A stretch of DNA of 64,000 bases, taken from the NCBI GenBank assembly GCA_963842085.1, contig CAWJET010000001.1:2464001-2528000 (forward strand), in the 5' to 3' direction. Below are positions 49,927 to 59,488 of this stretch, one piece after another. The notes beneath the pieces were generated by a model. That model had not been told where the DNA came from and ran no database searches. It saw nothing but the letters and a program-made list of their open reading frames with translations. The translations under genes and the position numbers were made by a program. The stretch comes from an uncultured delta proteobacterium. GTDB lineage: Bacteria > Desulfobacterota > Binatia > Binatales > Binataceae. How positions within the stretch are numbered: the first letter of the stretch is position 1; every line of letters starts with the position of its first letter.

Positions 49927-50149
49927 TTTGCGCCACCTTAATCGCTTACAAACCGTCCAACTTACTGCTAACGGGGAACAGTCGTACTACATTAGCGTGG
50001 TGAGATTGCAACCCAAAAGACTTAGAATTTTTCGCATCATGGCGTTGCGTACACAGCACGGCGGGCTTGCGCGGGAAGAAGACCACCCGTCGCGCCTGAT
50101 CTGCCGGGCGGTGATGGCGCGGGCGCTCGGCGAGCCGTCGAGGTAGGAG

Positions 50150-50710
50150 ATGAGCTACAAGCTGCGCCTGCCGGCGCGCCCGCTCTCGCGCGAAGCGTAC
50201 GAGCGCGAGCTCGTGCGCATAATCGAAGAGTTTCAGACCCGCGCCGCATGGTCGGAGGTCTGCGGCAAGCTGCCCGCGATCGTCAACGCGGTCGCGTTAT
50301 CCGACGCTGACCCGCCGAGCTGCCACGACCTCTGGGATAGGTACGGCGTCGCGCTCGCGCGCAAGGAGCGCCACCTCGCGGGCCGCCTCCGCCTCCTCGT
50401 GACGCGCGGTCAGCTCGAGGTCGTCGGTCATCATATCAGGTACCGCGCCGCGCTCTACCGCGCTATCTCGGTGCAGCGCAAGCGCTCGGCCGCAACCCTG
50501 TGGGTGAACGCGCGGCTGGACGCGCTTGACGCTTCGCGCGCCACTGGTGGCTGCGTTGCAGCGCGCGCGGCACCGGCCGACGACCGCGAGGAGGCGATCG
50601 TCGCCGAGCGGCTGTCCGGGAAAACGCTCGCCGCGATCGCTGCCGCGCGCGGCTTGACGCGCGAGCGCGTGCGCCAGATCATAGTCAAGACGACGGGAGG
50701 GATGAGATGA
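50150..50710 (+). CDS. Hypothetical protein with C-terminal sigma70 region-4-like HTH
   Basis: GKTLAAIAAARGLTRERVRQII; AGGAG near the start. Confidence 0.55.
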   Translation: MSYKLRLPARPLSREAYERELVRIIEEFQTRAAWSEVCGKLPAIVNAVALSDADPPSCHDLWDRYGVALARKERHLAGRLRLLVTRGQLEVVGHHIRYRAALYRAISVQRKRSAATLWVNARLDALDASRATGGCVAARAAPADDREEAIVAERLSGKTLAAIAAARGLTRERVRQIIVKTTGGMR

Positions 50711-51281
50711 CTGTCCGAGGAGACCGCCGAGGCTGAAAAAGCCCTGCGCTTTCGGATGACATCTCGAGGGTCTTTAGATTCTCTCCGAGCTCCTCAGGGT
50801 CCCACCACTTAAGCCTCCATGGGCTTCTCCATCCGGGTGGTTGAGTCAAACCCCTATTGGGCTATTTCAACTGACGCTTGACCTTCACCCGGAACGCCTG
50901 CAATCGACGTTCGGGCCGCGGCCATTTGATATTTGGTGGGTGGTTTCCTGCATTCGCTGAGTCGATGTCGGGCTGGCGTAGGACTTCCACCGGGCGTCCT
51001 TTTAGAAGGGAAAAGAGGGTTGTTGGTACTTGCAACGAAAGCGCCGATGGCGATGTAAGGCCATGGTCCGGCGCGTCGATTTCCGACGGACCGGAGCTCC
51101 GTTGTTGGATTGAAAATGGCTTTGTTTTGCAAATTTTGATCAGGCCGATTGCACCCCTGCCATTGCCGATTTCGGTCGGCTTTTTTGGTTTGCTTCTGCG
51201 TCATACGATAGAAAAAGACAATAGATGATAACTTTCGATTTGCATCAAATTTAGCCAATTCCCGGCACTCGGAAGTGACCC

Positions 51282-51741
51282 GTGCCCAGACACAGAACGA
51301 AGCTCAATCCTCGGCAGGAACGCTTCGTTGTCGAATACCTGAAAGACGGAAATGGCACGCAGGCCGCCATCCGTGCCGGCTACGCCGCCTCTTCGGCCGC
51401 GGTGCACGCCCACCGGCTGCTGAAGAAGGACACGGTTCTCGATAAGCTCCACGCCCTCCGAAACAGCGCCCTGCAAAGAATCGGGGTCACGGCCGAGAAG
51501 ACTTTGCGCGAGCTCGGGGCTATCGCTTTCTTCGACCCCCGCCACCTCTTCGATGACAAGGGAAACATGCTGCCCCTCCACAAGATGCCCAAGGACGCGC
51601 GCAGCGCACTCTCCGGCTTCAACATCCGGGAGTCGGTCGAAGGCGGCCACCGGGTCCGGACGTTGGGAAATGAGGCTCGGGGCGGACAGACTGGCCGCGC
51701 TGAGTATCTTGGCCGAGCACCTCGGACTGATCCCCAAGTGA
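51282..51741 (+). pseudogene. Terminase small subunit, frameshifted near 51666
   Basis: LNPRQERFVVEYLKDGNGTQAAIRAGY; the typical C-terminus DRLAALSILAEHLG lies in the +1 frame after TTGGGAAA. Confidence 0.82.
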
Positions 51742-51942
51742 CCCAAAGGAACCTGGCCCGCGCCCATCTAATGTTCGCTGCCGGTATGTTTCCGCATTCG
51801 TCATCGTTGAGCCACAGCGCCTGAGCGCGTTCAAGCAGCGCAGCACGAATCTAAGGGAGCCCGGCCCGCCGCCCTTCCCTTGAGCAGACGGCCTCAGTGA
51901 AGTCTGAGATAACGCTCAAAGATGTTCTATTGACACGAATGA

Positions 51943-53220
51943 TCAAGGTATAAGTGGCGAACTTCCCGCTTCGTGGGGTACGCGTCGGGGCTGAGGCGCA
52001 AGCCGCGGAGCTTCCCTGCGCGGCGGATCCGACCGCATCCGCGCGCGGAAGATCAGCGCGGCACCAAGGTATGCAGCCAGCAGCATCGCAAATCCGGGGT
52101 GAGGTATCGCCTTGATAAGGGCGGTTGCGAAGCATGCGGCGAGTATCGAGCTACCGGCGATCAACGCGATCTGCCGCGCTGGTTCGCTCGGCTGGAACCC
52201 CTGCCACGCGGCGAGCAGCCCGAACAGGTACAACGGCAGCAGCAGCAGGGTCTCGGGGATCCACGCAAGCGGCGACATCAGAAGCGCAAGCGCCACCCAC
52301 AGACCGAACAGGAGACCGTCGAGGTCGGCGCGTTCGCGGCTCATTATCGTGGCCGCCGCAACGACAGAGAGCAGCGCGAGGTCGATTAGTGCAGTGATTG
52401 CCAGGACCGCGAAGAAAGGAGCCGCGACTATGGTCGTGCCGGCGAAGTGCGCAACGCATTTTCGCACAAAAGCGAGCATGGTGAGTTCGGCGCGTGCCAC
52501 GTTGCGATAGGAAACGGGCATTTCCAGCGTCGCGAGCTCGATCCAGTGGGCGGGATTCGTTAGCATTACGCCGGCGACAAAACAGCCGATCGCCCAGCCG
52601 AGCGCACGCCAACGGCGGCCAAACAAAAAATATCCGCCAGCTGTTACGGGATAAAGCTTCACCAACGCCGCTAGCGCCAAGCACAGTCCAGCGGCAGCCG
52701 GACGCTCTCGCCGCGCGCAGAACCATGAGGCGCACAACAGCATCAGCAGCGTCGGCGTGACTTCGGCACCCTCCAGCGTGCCCTTGAACTGGCGCGATAG
52801 CAGCAGCAGCGAAAGGACGATGATCGTCGGCGCGGTACCGAGCGGCGGAGCGTTCGCGCGCGCCAGCATTAGCACTGCGGCCACCAGGCATAGCATCTGC
52901 CCAGCCTGCCACGTCCAGTAGGCGGTCTTCCGGTCGAGCCGTGCGAGGGGCGAAAATACCTCGACGAAAAATGGGGTGTTGTTGCAATAGCGCGGACGCG
53001 ATACGCCGGGCCGCAACTCGGTCTTTTCGCTCCGCACCACAAACGGATCGCCGCCGCTCGAGTAATCGGTCCACCAGCCGTAGTAGAAACTGAAGTCAAC
53101 GTCGTCATACCGGTGCGAGACTGCACGGATGCGTCGGGCGAGCGAGAGCGCCGCGACGATCGCGAGGATCGCCGCGCCAGCCCTGACAATCGGAAGCCGC
53201 GGCTGAGCCGAACTTTTCAT
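51943..53220 (-). CDS. Glycosyltransferase family 87 (DUF2029-like) membrane protein
   Basis: DFSFYY after TM1; NNTPFF...PL; LAALVKLYP; SPLAW. Confidence 0.75.
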   Translation of the reverse strand: MKSSAQPRLPIVRAGAAILAIVAALSLARRIRAVSHRYDDVDFSFYYGWWTDYSSGGDPFVVRSEKTELRPGVSRPRYCNNTPFFVEVFSPLARLDRKTAYWTWQAGQMLCLVAAVLMLARANAPPLGTAPTIIVLSLLLLSRQFKGTLEGAEVTPTLLMLLCASWFCARRERPAAAGLCLALAALVKLYPVTAGGYFLFGRRWRALGWAIGCFVAGVMLTNPAHWIELATLEMPVSYRNVARAELTMLAFVRKCVAHFAGTTIVAAPFFAVLAITALIDLALLSVVAAATIMSRERADLDGLLFGLWVALALLMSPLAWIPETLLLLPLYLFGLLAAWQGFQPSEPARQIALIAGSSILAACFATALIKAIPHPGFAMLLAAYLGAALIFRARMRSDPPRREAPRLAPQPRRVPHEAGSSPLIP

Positions 53221-53250
53221 TTTTGAATCCTGATTCGGACTAGAGTTTGT

Positions 53251-53809
53251 TCAGTGAGAGGGGGGACCGGAAGAAAGATGCTCTTGATTACATCGTGCGA
53301 GAGACCATAACGAGTGACACCATTTGCGGCAAGGTGATATTGTACCGCGACCCCTTGACTCTGGAGTGCACGAAGCAGGTAATCGCTGACCAGTTAGGGT
53401 TTTGTACGGCCGCAGAATTGCCAGGTGATAACCGCAAACGAGGTCGGGTGCGCTGTATTCGACGAGTGTCGGGACACCAATGTCATTCCAAGACTCCGAG
53501 TCCTTGGTAATCAGCACGTCGCCTGATTGAAGGCGGAACCGCGTTATCTCTTCCTGGGCGGCGGTGGCGCGCATGAAGGGGATGGAATCCGTGATTCGTT
53601 CGTTCTTATAAACATCGACGTAGTTGCAAAGACGGACTGGGAGTTCTCTTTCTAGCGTGTGCTTGTCCTAGCGTGTGCTTGTCGATGGTGCTGACCAGCG
53701 TTTGCAGAACGTTGCGCTGTCGCCACACCTGCCGGTGCTCCGGCACTTTTCCCAACGGTGGCACACCGGAGTCCTTGTAGGCCGGATACGGCTTGAGGTC
53801 GTGTTTCAT
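53251..53809 (-). pseudogene. hsdS: Type I R-M specificity subunit fragment
   Basis: MKHDLKPYPAYKDSGVPPLGKVPEH; GDVLITKDSE; CGYHLAILRP; broken by a 16-bp tandem duplication (53652-53683) and truncated. Confidence 0.85.
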
Positions 53810-54215
53810 GCCGTTGCTTCTTTCGCGAGCGCGCGTACGATCCGCGCACGTGCTCTTGCCCGATCGGCCAGGTGCGTTTCTTCTCGTGTTTGCGCCAGCC
53901 ACTCGAAGAACCGCTGAACTCCGTGGCGAGTATTCGACTCGTCACGACAATTCACGATGAAGGCGAACTGAATCTTTTGGATATTGTCGGCCACGAAAAC
54001 TCCAAACGGAGCTGTCACAACAGTGGTATCCGAGAAACCGAGTAACTTAGTAGCCTGCGTCTCTAAAGCGGTCTTGTGGCAGGCGATGACGTGAACGGGG
54101 CCTCCTCGGCTTCCTTTGAGGACAGCCGCGAGTTCGTGGTCCCGAAGGAATGGTTGGCCGACCATTTCTTTGGCAGGGCCAACGCTAATAGCTGCGGGAA
54201 TCGCATCGGTCCGAA
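53806..54215 (-). pseudogene. 3' part of an unknown gene formerly between hsdM and hsdS
   Basis: Non-HsdM sequence (GPVHVIACHK...FVADNIQKIQF...VQRFFEWL) whose stop overlaps the hsdS ATG (ATGA). Confidence 0.5.
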
Positions 54216-54756
54216 AAGGTGAATCGCCACCTGTTTGCCGTGCTCGTTTGCGAGGCGCTTGAGTGTTTGCCTCTGAGACAGTGAGCATCCCGCCGGTTCC
54301 GCATGCACCGTCATAAACCAAATACGTGCCCGATTCGACGCGATCCGCGAGCGGCAAGAACACGAGATTCGCCATCAGCTCGACAACGTCTTGGGGAGTG
54401 AAGTGCTCTCCAGCCTCTTCATTGTTTTCCTCGTTAAGGCGCCGAATGAGCTCCTCGGAGATGGTCCCCATGGCGTGGTTGTCGAGCGCAGGGAGCCGAA
54501 CGTTTGGCGCGCGCTTTCAAATCGCGCAATGTGAATGGTGACGCGTTGTAGAAGGCTTGCCCTGCGGCCAAACGGAGGGCGGCGTCTTGATGAACGACGC
54601 CGCTATCATCGAGCCGTTTCTTCATTTCCAAGACGGCTTGCTTGGTCGGCTCCAAAACAGCATCGAACCGGCGGATAACCGTCATTGGGAGAATCACATC
54701 GCGACATTTGCCTCGAAAAATGAAGTTCGCGATCCACTCAGCTGCCCGTTTTCCAT
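54216..54756 (-). pseudogene. hsdM: Type I R-M methyltransferase fragments
   Basis: MENGQL/WIANFI, RDVILPMTVIRRFDAVLEPTK, EAGEHFTP and YDGACGTGGML in several frames with internal deletions. Confidence 0.88.
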
Positions 54757-54845
54757 TGCCCCTCAAAACTCCTTGACTACCGTTTTGTTCACTTTGGAAC
54801 CGACTATTCGCGCGAGGCGAGCGGATGCCAATACCGTGTGCTTAA

Positions 54846-55112
54846 TCAGGATTCGAATTCCGCTTTCAGCCGCTCCGCGACAAACATTTTGAGCAGCGAC
54901 TGGTACGGCACGTCGCGCTTGTTGGCGAGGAGCTTGAGCCGATCGAGCATCGGCTTCGGCAGACGGAGTGATATGGTCTGCGAAGAAGGGCGCAAGTTCG
55001 GAAGGGTCACTCGTTTACCTTTGCGCCAGTCGATGAAGTCCGCCGAGTCATGTTGTGCCCAGAACTCGCGCTCGCTGTCTTCGCTCTTGAATTTAGGCAG
55101 TGCCTTTTTCAT
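54846..55112 (-). CDS. brnA: BrnA/CopG-like antitoxin
   Basis: PKFKSEDSEREFWAQHDS; ISLRLP; PYQSLLK (RHH); ATGA overlap with the toxin. Confidence 0.85.
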   Translation of the reverse strand: MKKALPKFKSEDSEREFWAQHDSADFIDWRKGKRVTLPNLRPSSQTISLRLPKPMLDRLKLLANKRDVPYQSLLKMFVAERLKAEFES

Positions 55113-55411
55113 GACGACCTGAACCTTCGCTCCCTGCGGCTCATGTCACGAGCCGAGATAACCCGAATGAGACGGCCGCGAATCGCTAATACCACGAACA
55201 TCAGTCTGCCGCTGTCGCTCTGGCCCAGAGCATAAAACCGCTCTTCGCTGCTCGATGAGTGCTGCTCGTCGCTGCCGACAATAACGGGCCGATTGAAGAA
55301 AAGCTCCTCACACTCAGTCGGCATCACCTGATGGCGGCCCCAAATCCTCGCCGAGTTGCCGGCGTCCCATTGGAAGCCCTCGCACTCCGCCAGCCGCTCA
55401 TCCCACTTCAC
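55109..55411 (-). CDS. brnT: BrnT family toxin
   Basis: FQWDAGN; EERFYALG; IRVISAR. Confidence 0.87.
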   Translation of the reverse strand: MKWDERLAECEGFQWDAGNSARIWGRHQVMPTECEELFFNRPVIVGSDEQHSSSSEERFYALGQSDSGRLMFVVLAIRGRLIRVISARDMSRRERRFRSS

Positions 55412-55714
55412 GTGGGTATTGTATATCGCTCACACATACCTGTGCAAGTTGGTCAACATCCCCGCCCATCTCCGCCTTGCGCGGCTACGCTCAAGACCGC
55501 CGCGCCATCTTGACGGATCGCTAACGCTTGTCACGGCCGCCTTGAACTGCTTCGCCGCGCTCGTGGGTGGCTGCGCTTTGCTCCGCATCGGGTCTCTTTC
55601 CTCCTCGCCCTCATACAAGGGTGAAGGGCCGAGGGGGAAAGGTTCAAGTTTTTACGAACCAAACTGCGCCCTGCCGCATGAGCGGAAGCGGGCGCGGAGT
55701 AAGGAGCAGAGGAA

Positions 55715-55955
55715 ATGGACGTTTACGCGATTGTCACCGAGAAGATCATCAACCTGCTTGAGCAAGGCGTTGTGCCATGGCGGAGACCGTGGATATCGAC
55801 CGGACCTGCCGCGAAATCTTGTCAGCAAGAAACCGCATCGAGGAGTCAGCTATTTTCTACTTTCAGCCACGAAATACATGTCACCATACTGGCTGACGAT
55901 GCGCCAGGCGAATCAGATGGGCGGACACGTCCGCAAGGGCGAGGAGAGCACGATT
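55715..55955 (+). pseudogene. ardC: ArdC-like ssDNA-binding antirestriction protein, N-terminal fragment
   Basis: MDVYAIVTEKIINLLEQGVVPWRRPW, then frameshift to PRNLVSKKPHRG...WLTMRQA...GGHVRKGE; truncated. Confidence 0.82.
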
Positions 55956-56282
55956 CGAATGAAAAAGATGCGCGGGAGGAGTGGTACAATTGTGCCTCCT
56001 CTGTAGAGCACGACGTATTTACCTTGCAGATTTCGGAGGAGGTAGACCACGACATCTGAGGCTCAGCGCGGACTCCTCGTTTCTGTCGCAAACCCCGAGG
56101 CGGTTCCGGGGCTCCTCGGGATTGCCTTCGCTGCTAACGGACCCAATGACCCACCTCCGCGCCTGCTCGCGCTGGTAGACCGCGCGCGCAGTGCATCTGC
56201 GAAACCGCCGGCACAAGAAAAAGGTACTGCGCCACCAACCACTGCACTGCTTTCAGCGGTCCGCTATGCGCACGCGAAAGGC

Positions 56283-56858
56283 GTGACCATCGGGGCGCAG
56301 GTGTCGTGGTCCGACGATCCGGCACTGGACATCATCACGGTAGCACTGGAAGCGAGAGTCGCTTGGATCCTGCTTGGCTATCATCGTGCGGCCTCGGGCA
56401 GCGACACGACGGGCGGCGTTGTTCGGGAGGTCCTTGCCAGGGCCAAAATGCTGCCTATCAACGTCGGCGTTTTCATTCAGGGGACGGATCGCCCCATCGA
56501 GCGAGTCTTTGCCGCAGTTGATTCAAGCCGGGATGGCCGCGCGAGCCTTGCTCTCGGTGTACGCATCGCGAAGGGGAACAAGTGCAAGCTGCGCGTGCTT
56601 CTCCTGGCTAAACGCATGCCAAATGTGGAAGGCGTCCTGCCGGACATGGTGCGCGACGCACGCGCCGAAATAGGAGAAGGGTTGCACACGGACGTGCTTA
56701 CAGAACGTAGTCTGCGTCAACTCCTCAAGCAGGCGCCTGGACGATTGCTGATTGTTGGAAGGAGATTCGCCGACGAGGTTGGACTGCTCCTAGATGAAGT
56801 CCGCAGTCATCGTTCTGTAATCCTCGTTCAGGGCGCCGATAAGCAGGGCTTCGCATAG
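56283..56858 (+). pseudogene. USP-like C-terminal fragment (possibly of a cation:proton antiporter)
   Basis: ILLGYH...GGVVREVL...VGVFI...RVFAAVD pattern; no convincing start. Confidence 0.4.
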
Positions 56859-57108
56859 AAATCGAGCCCGGCAAACCGCTCATTCAATATCGCGGTTCCC
56901 GGTGCAGGCGTGATTTCGTCGAAGACCGGCCGTCCGGCCAACGATACGCCGTCTACGTTTCAGTGTTCAGGTTTCGGAGACTCCCTGATCCGATAACCAA
57001 ACGGTGGCTGGAGTTGTGCCCTGGCGCACCACTCCCAAATGACATCGAAGTCCGAAGCAAGTTGATTGACAGTCGAATTAAATAAATCGCGCCGATGAAG
57101 TCAGACAC

Positions 57109-57398
57109 ATGAAGATCCGCCACGCAGCCGCGCTCGCGGTCCGGGTGAACGAGAACCGATGCCGATGTTGGTCTTTCTTCATCCATCCGAAACAAGCGCC
57201 TACTCGGTGATCTTCACCGGCTTGGTTGGGCTGACCGACAAAGGAGTTCTCAAGGAAGGGAATCTCGGTTTCATTCTGCTTGCGCCACAGGGCCGCTATA
57301 CGGCACATCGCTATCCTGGTTACGATTCGAACGCGCTCGGGTGGGACAACTGGCTAGACAATCCTTTGCCATCCCCCCTCCCCCCATTACTGAAGTAA
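57109..57398 (+). pseudogene. Broken small secreted protein (MKIRHAAALA leader)
   Basis: Leader resembles that of 8511..8936; the probable body continues in another frame (57159..57398). Confidence 0.35.
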
Positions 57399-57504
57399 GC
57401 GAAGATTGGGAGGGTTCCGCTATAACTATAAGTAGTAAAACTCATCTCTTAGTTTTTTTGAGGGTCAGTCAGTGCTACCCAATAGTCCTCGAACGATTCA
57501 AACC

Positions 57505-57865
57505 CCTGCCGACGATCGGGAGCGCCGGCTATCCTACCGACGAAACGGAAATGCGCCGGCGCGTGGCCGAGGACTTCAAGCGATCGAATTATCCGGCAGG
57601 CTTTTCCCGGCAGGCGGCCGCCGCGCTGGCAAACGGCGATCGGCGCGCGGCGCTCAAACGGGTCAAGGCGCCCACGGTTGTCATTCACGGCGCGGATGAT
57701 CGGCTCGTGCCGATCGAGGGCGGCCGCGACACGGCGGCGAATGTTGCAAGAGCGGAGTTGATTGAAATTCCAGGCATGGGGCATGACCTGCCGGCCGCGC
57801 TCTATTCCAGGATCGCTGACGCGATCGAATCCGTGGCGAAGCGCGCGTGTGTCGGTGCGTCGTAG
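57505..57865 (+). pseudogene. Alpha/beta hydrolase, C-terminal fragment
   Basis: PTVVIHGADDRLVP...GMGHDLP; 5' part replaced by AT-rich DNA. Confidence 0.75.
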
Positions 57866-57878
57866 GCGATGGCGAACG

Positions 57879-58103
57879 TCACGTCTCCGAATCTTCGTGA
57901 CCCACGAACTCTTCGATTGGGATCCCTGAAGCGCGCGATAGACGAAGCGCGTGCTTGAGGAGACTCACGTGTCCCTTGTGAATCCAATCGTGGATAGCCG
58001 TGTTTGAAACTCCGCAAAGGGTGGCTGCCTTGGTTGGCCCACCAATCAGTTTCACCGCGCGAGCGACGACGTTCTGATCGCGCTGTTTCCTCCTGCTCAC
58101 CAT
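57879..58103 (-). CDS. Cro/YdaS-like HTH regulator
   Basis: AAGGAG RBS; AVKLIGGPTKAATLCGVSNTAIHDW. Confidence 0.8.
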   Translation of the reverse strand: MVSRRKQRDQNVVARAVKLIGGPTKAATLCGVSNTAIHDWIHKGHVSLLKHALRLSRASGIPIEEFVGHEDSET

Positions 58104-58188
58104 CCGCGGGCTCCTTACCGTCCGGTTGCAAAGCAAACTTATCAAGATGTCCGAACGGGCTCCAGCATCGCGTTGGCCTAGCCGAACC

Positions 58189-58242
58189 TGACAGAAATAT
58201 CTGTTAAGATTACTTGACAGAGCCCGCTGACAGAGCTAAGCT
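58189..58242 (+). promoter_or_regulatory. sigma70 promoter with TGACAGA operator repeats
   Basis: TTGACA(58214)-17 bp-TAAGCT(58237); TGACAGA at 58189, 58215 and 58228; near-inverted TCTGTTA at 58200. Confidence 0.7.
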
Positions 58243-58348
58243 TCGTACTGGAGGATCTACAGTAAAGAGCCCCGCGAACTTGGCTTTGTGAAGACAGATC
58301 TCTGGGATCCTGACGACGATTTAGGATCAAAACCGCTAAGGAGCATTC

Positions 58349-58720
58349 ATGAAATCCAGCCTTGGTTACCTCAACGGCCACCTCTGTGTTGTCAATGAAT
58401 CCGAGCCAGGCGCAAGCAGCCTTGGAGGCCCGCCGGGAAACATCCGCGAATGGCATGCAGTTCGCGAAGCCGCCAAGCCCGAAGTGGCAACCCTTCTTGG
58501 CCGGCCCGTCACCCGGGTCGAATCGGAGGAGGGCCTGTACGTGGACGAAGAAGGAAACGTCTATCAACTGGCAGACAAGGGCGAGACGAAGCCGATCGAA
58601 GTCGAGCATCTCCCTGGGACAGAGAAGACCGAACTCGAGGTGCTACTGGAGGCTTCGCTGGAGGGAGGAGAGGGGAACGGAAAAAACAGAGGCGCCAAGC
58701 GGCTCGTGAAAAAGAATTGA
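58349..58720 (+). CDS. Hypothetical protein, in frame with ERF across one TGA
   Basis: TAAGGAG RBS; same frame as 58745..59488. Confidence 0.7.
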   Translation: MKSSLGYLNGHLCVVNESEPGASSLGGPPGNIREWHAVREAAKPEVATLLGRPVTRVESEEGLYVDEEGNVYQLADKGETKPIEVEHLPGTEKTELEVLLEASLEGGEGNGKNRGAKRLVKKN

Positions 58721-58750
58721 AGCCGCAGTCGTAAGCAGCAAGCGTTGCAG

Positions 58751-59488
58751 ATGGTGGCCGCAAAGCCCGAGGCGCGCGCGGCGGAGGCACCTGCTGCCGT
58801 CGAGACGAGCGCTCCAACTTCCAATGTGACCGCCCCTGGAGATCCGGTGCGACTGAATCTACGCCAGAAGCTGGCCGAAGTTCGCCGCCGCATCGGCTAC
58901 GTCCAGAAGCGCGGCCACAACGAGCGCTTCAACTACAGCTACGTTACCGCCGCTGATATAGCGGGCTCGGTCGGCGACATACTCGCCGAATTAGGGGTGG
59001 TCGTCATCCCCAGACTAGAAGACATCTCCTACGAATCGGCCGTAGGCAGGGGCGAGGCCACCCGGATGGCGAGGGTGGTAATGGCCTACACCTTCGCCGA
59101 TGTCGACAGCGGTGAAGAAGTGATTGCGAAGGTCGCGGGCCAGGGCCTCGACCCCGGCGACAAGGCGCCATACAAGGCGATGACCGGGGCGTTGAAGTAC
59201 GCGTTGCTGCAATCCTTCCTGCTCGCCACCGGCGACGATCCGGAAGACGAACGGGCCGACGGTCGTTACTCGGCAGGAAATCCAGAACGCCTGATCAGCG
59301 CCGAACAGGTTCGCGAACTCGAGAAACTGATCGACGATACCGGGACAGACCTGGAACGGGTACTCGCGTACTACAAAGTCGCTTCACTCGGCGAAATGAC
59401 CGAGACCGCCTACCGGCGCGCGCTCGAAGTTCTCAACCGCAAACTGGCCAAACGCGGCAATCAGGAGACCGTTCATGCCCAGGATTGA
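58751..59488 (+). CDS. ERF family ssDNA annealing protein
   Basis: VQKRGHN..FNYSY...DI; GQGLDPGDKAPYKAMTGALKYAL..F...GDDPE; no clear RBS of its own. Confidence 0.87.
   Translation: MVAAKPEARAAEAPAAVETSAPTSNVTAPGDPVRLNLRQKLAEVRRRIGYVQKRGHNERFNYSYVTAADIAGSVGDILAELGVVVIPRLEDISYESAVGRGEATRMARVVMAYTFADVDSGEEVIAKVAGQGLDPGDKAPYKAMTGALKYALLQSFLLATGDDPEDERADGRYSAGNPERLISAEQVRELEKLIDDTGTDLERVLAYYKVASLGEMTETAYRRALEVLNRKLAKRGNQETVHAQD

Noticed and set aside
49927-50149. tRNA/att site at the island's left boundary
   Set aside because: No cloverleaf, and no direct repeat partner found within the window.
50854-51258. Opposing ORFs 50854..51258 and 50878..51228
   Set aside because: No recognisable domain; probably degenerate island DNA.
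56339-57479. 10-bp inverted match GGTAGCACTG / CAGTGCTACC as IS ends
   Set aside because: Too short, no TSD, and the left copy lies inside coding-like sequence.
58718-58720. TGA as a selenocysteine codon
   Set aside because: Lies in a Lys/Arg-rich linker rather than a redox motif, and no convincing SECIS hairpin follows.
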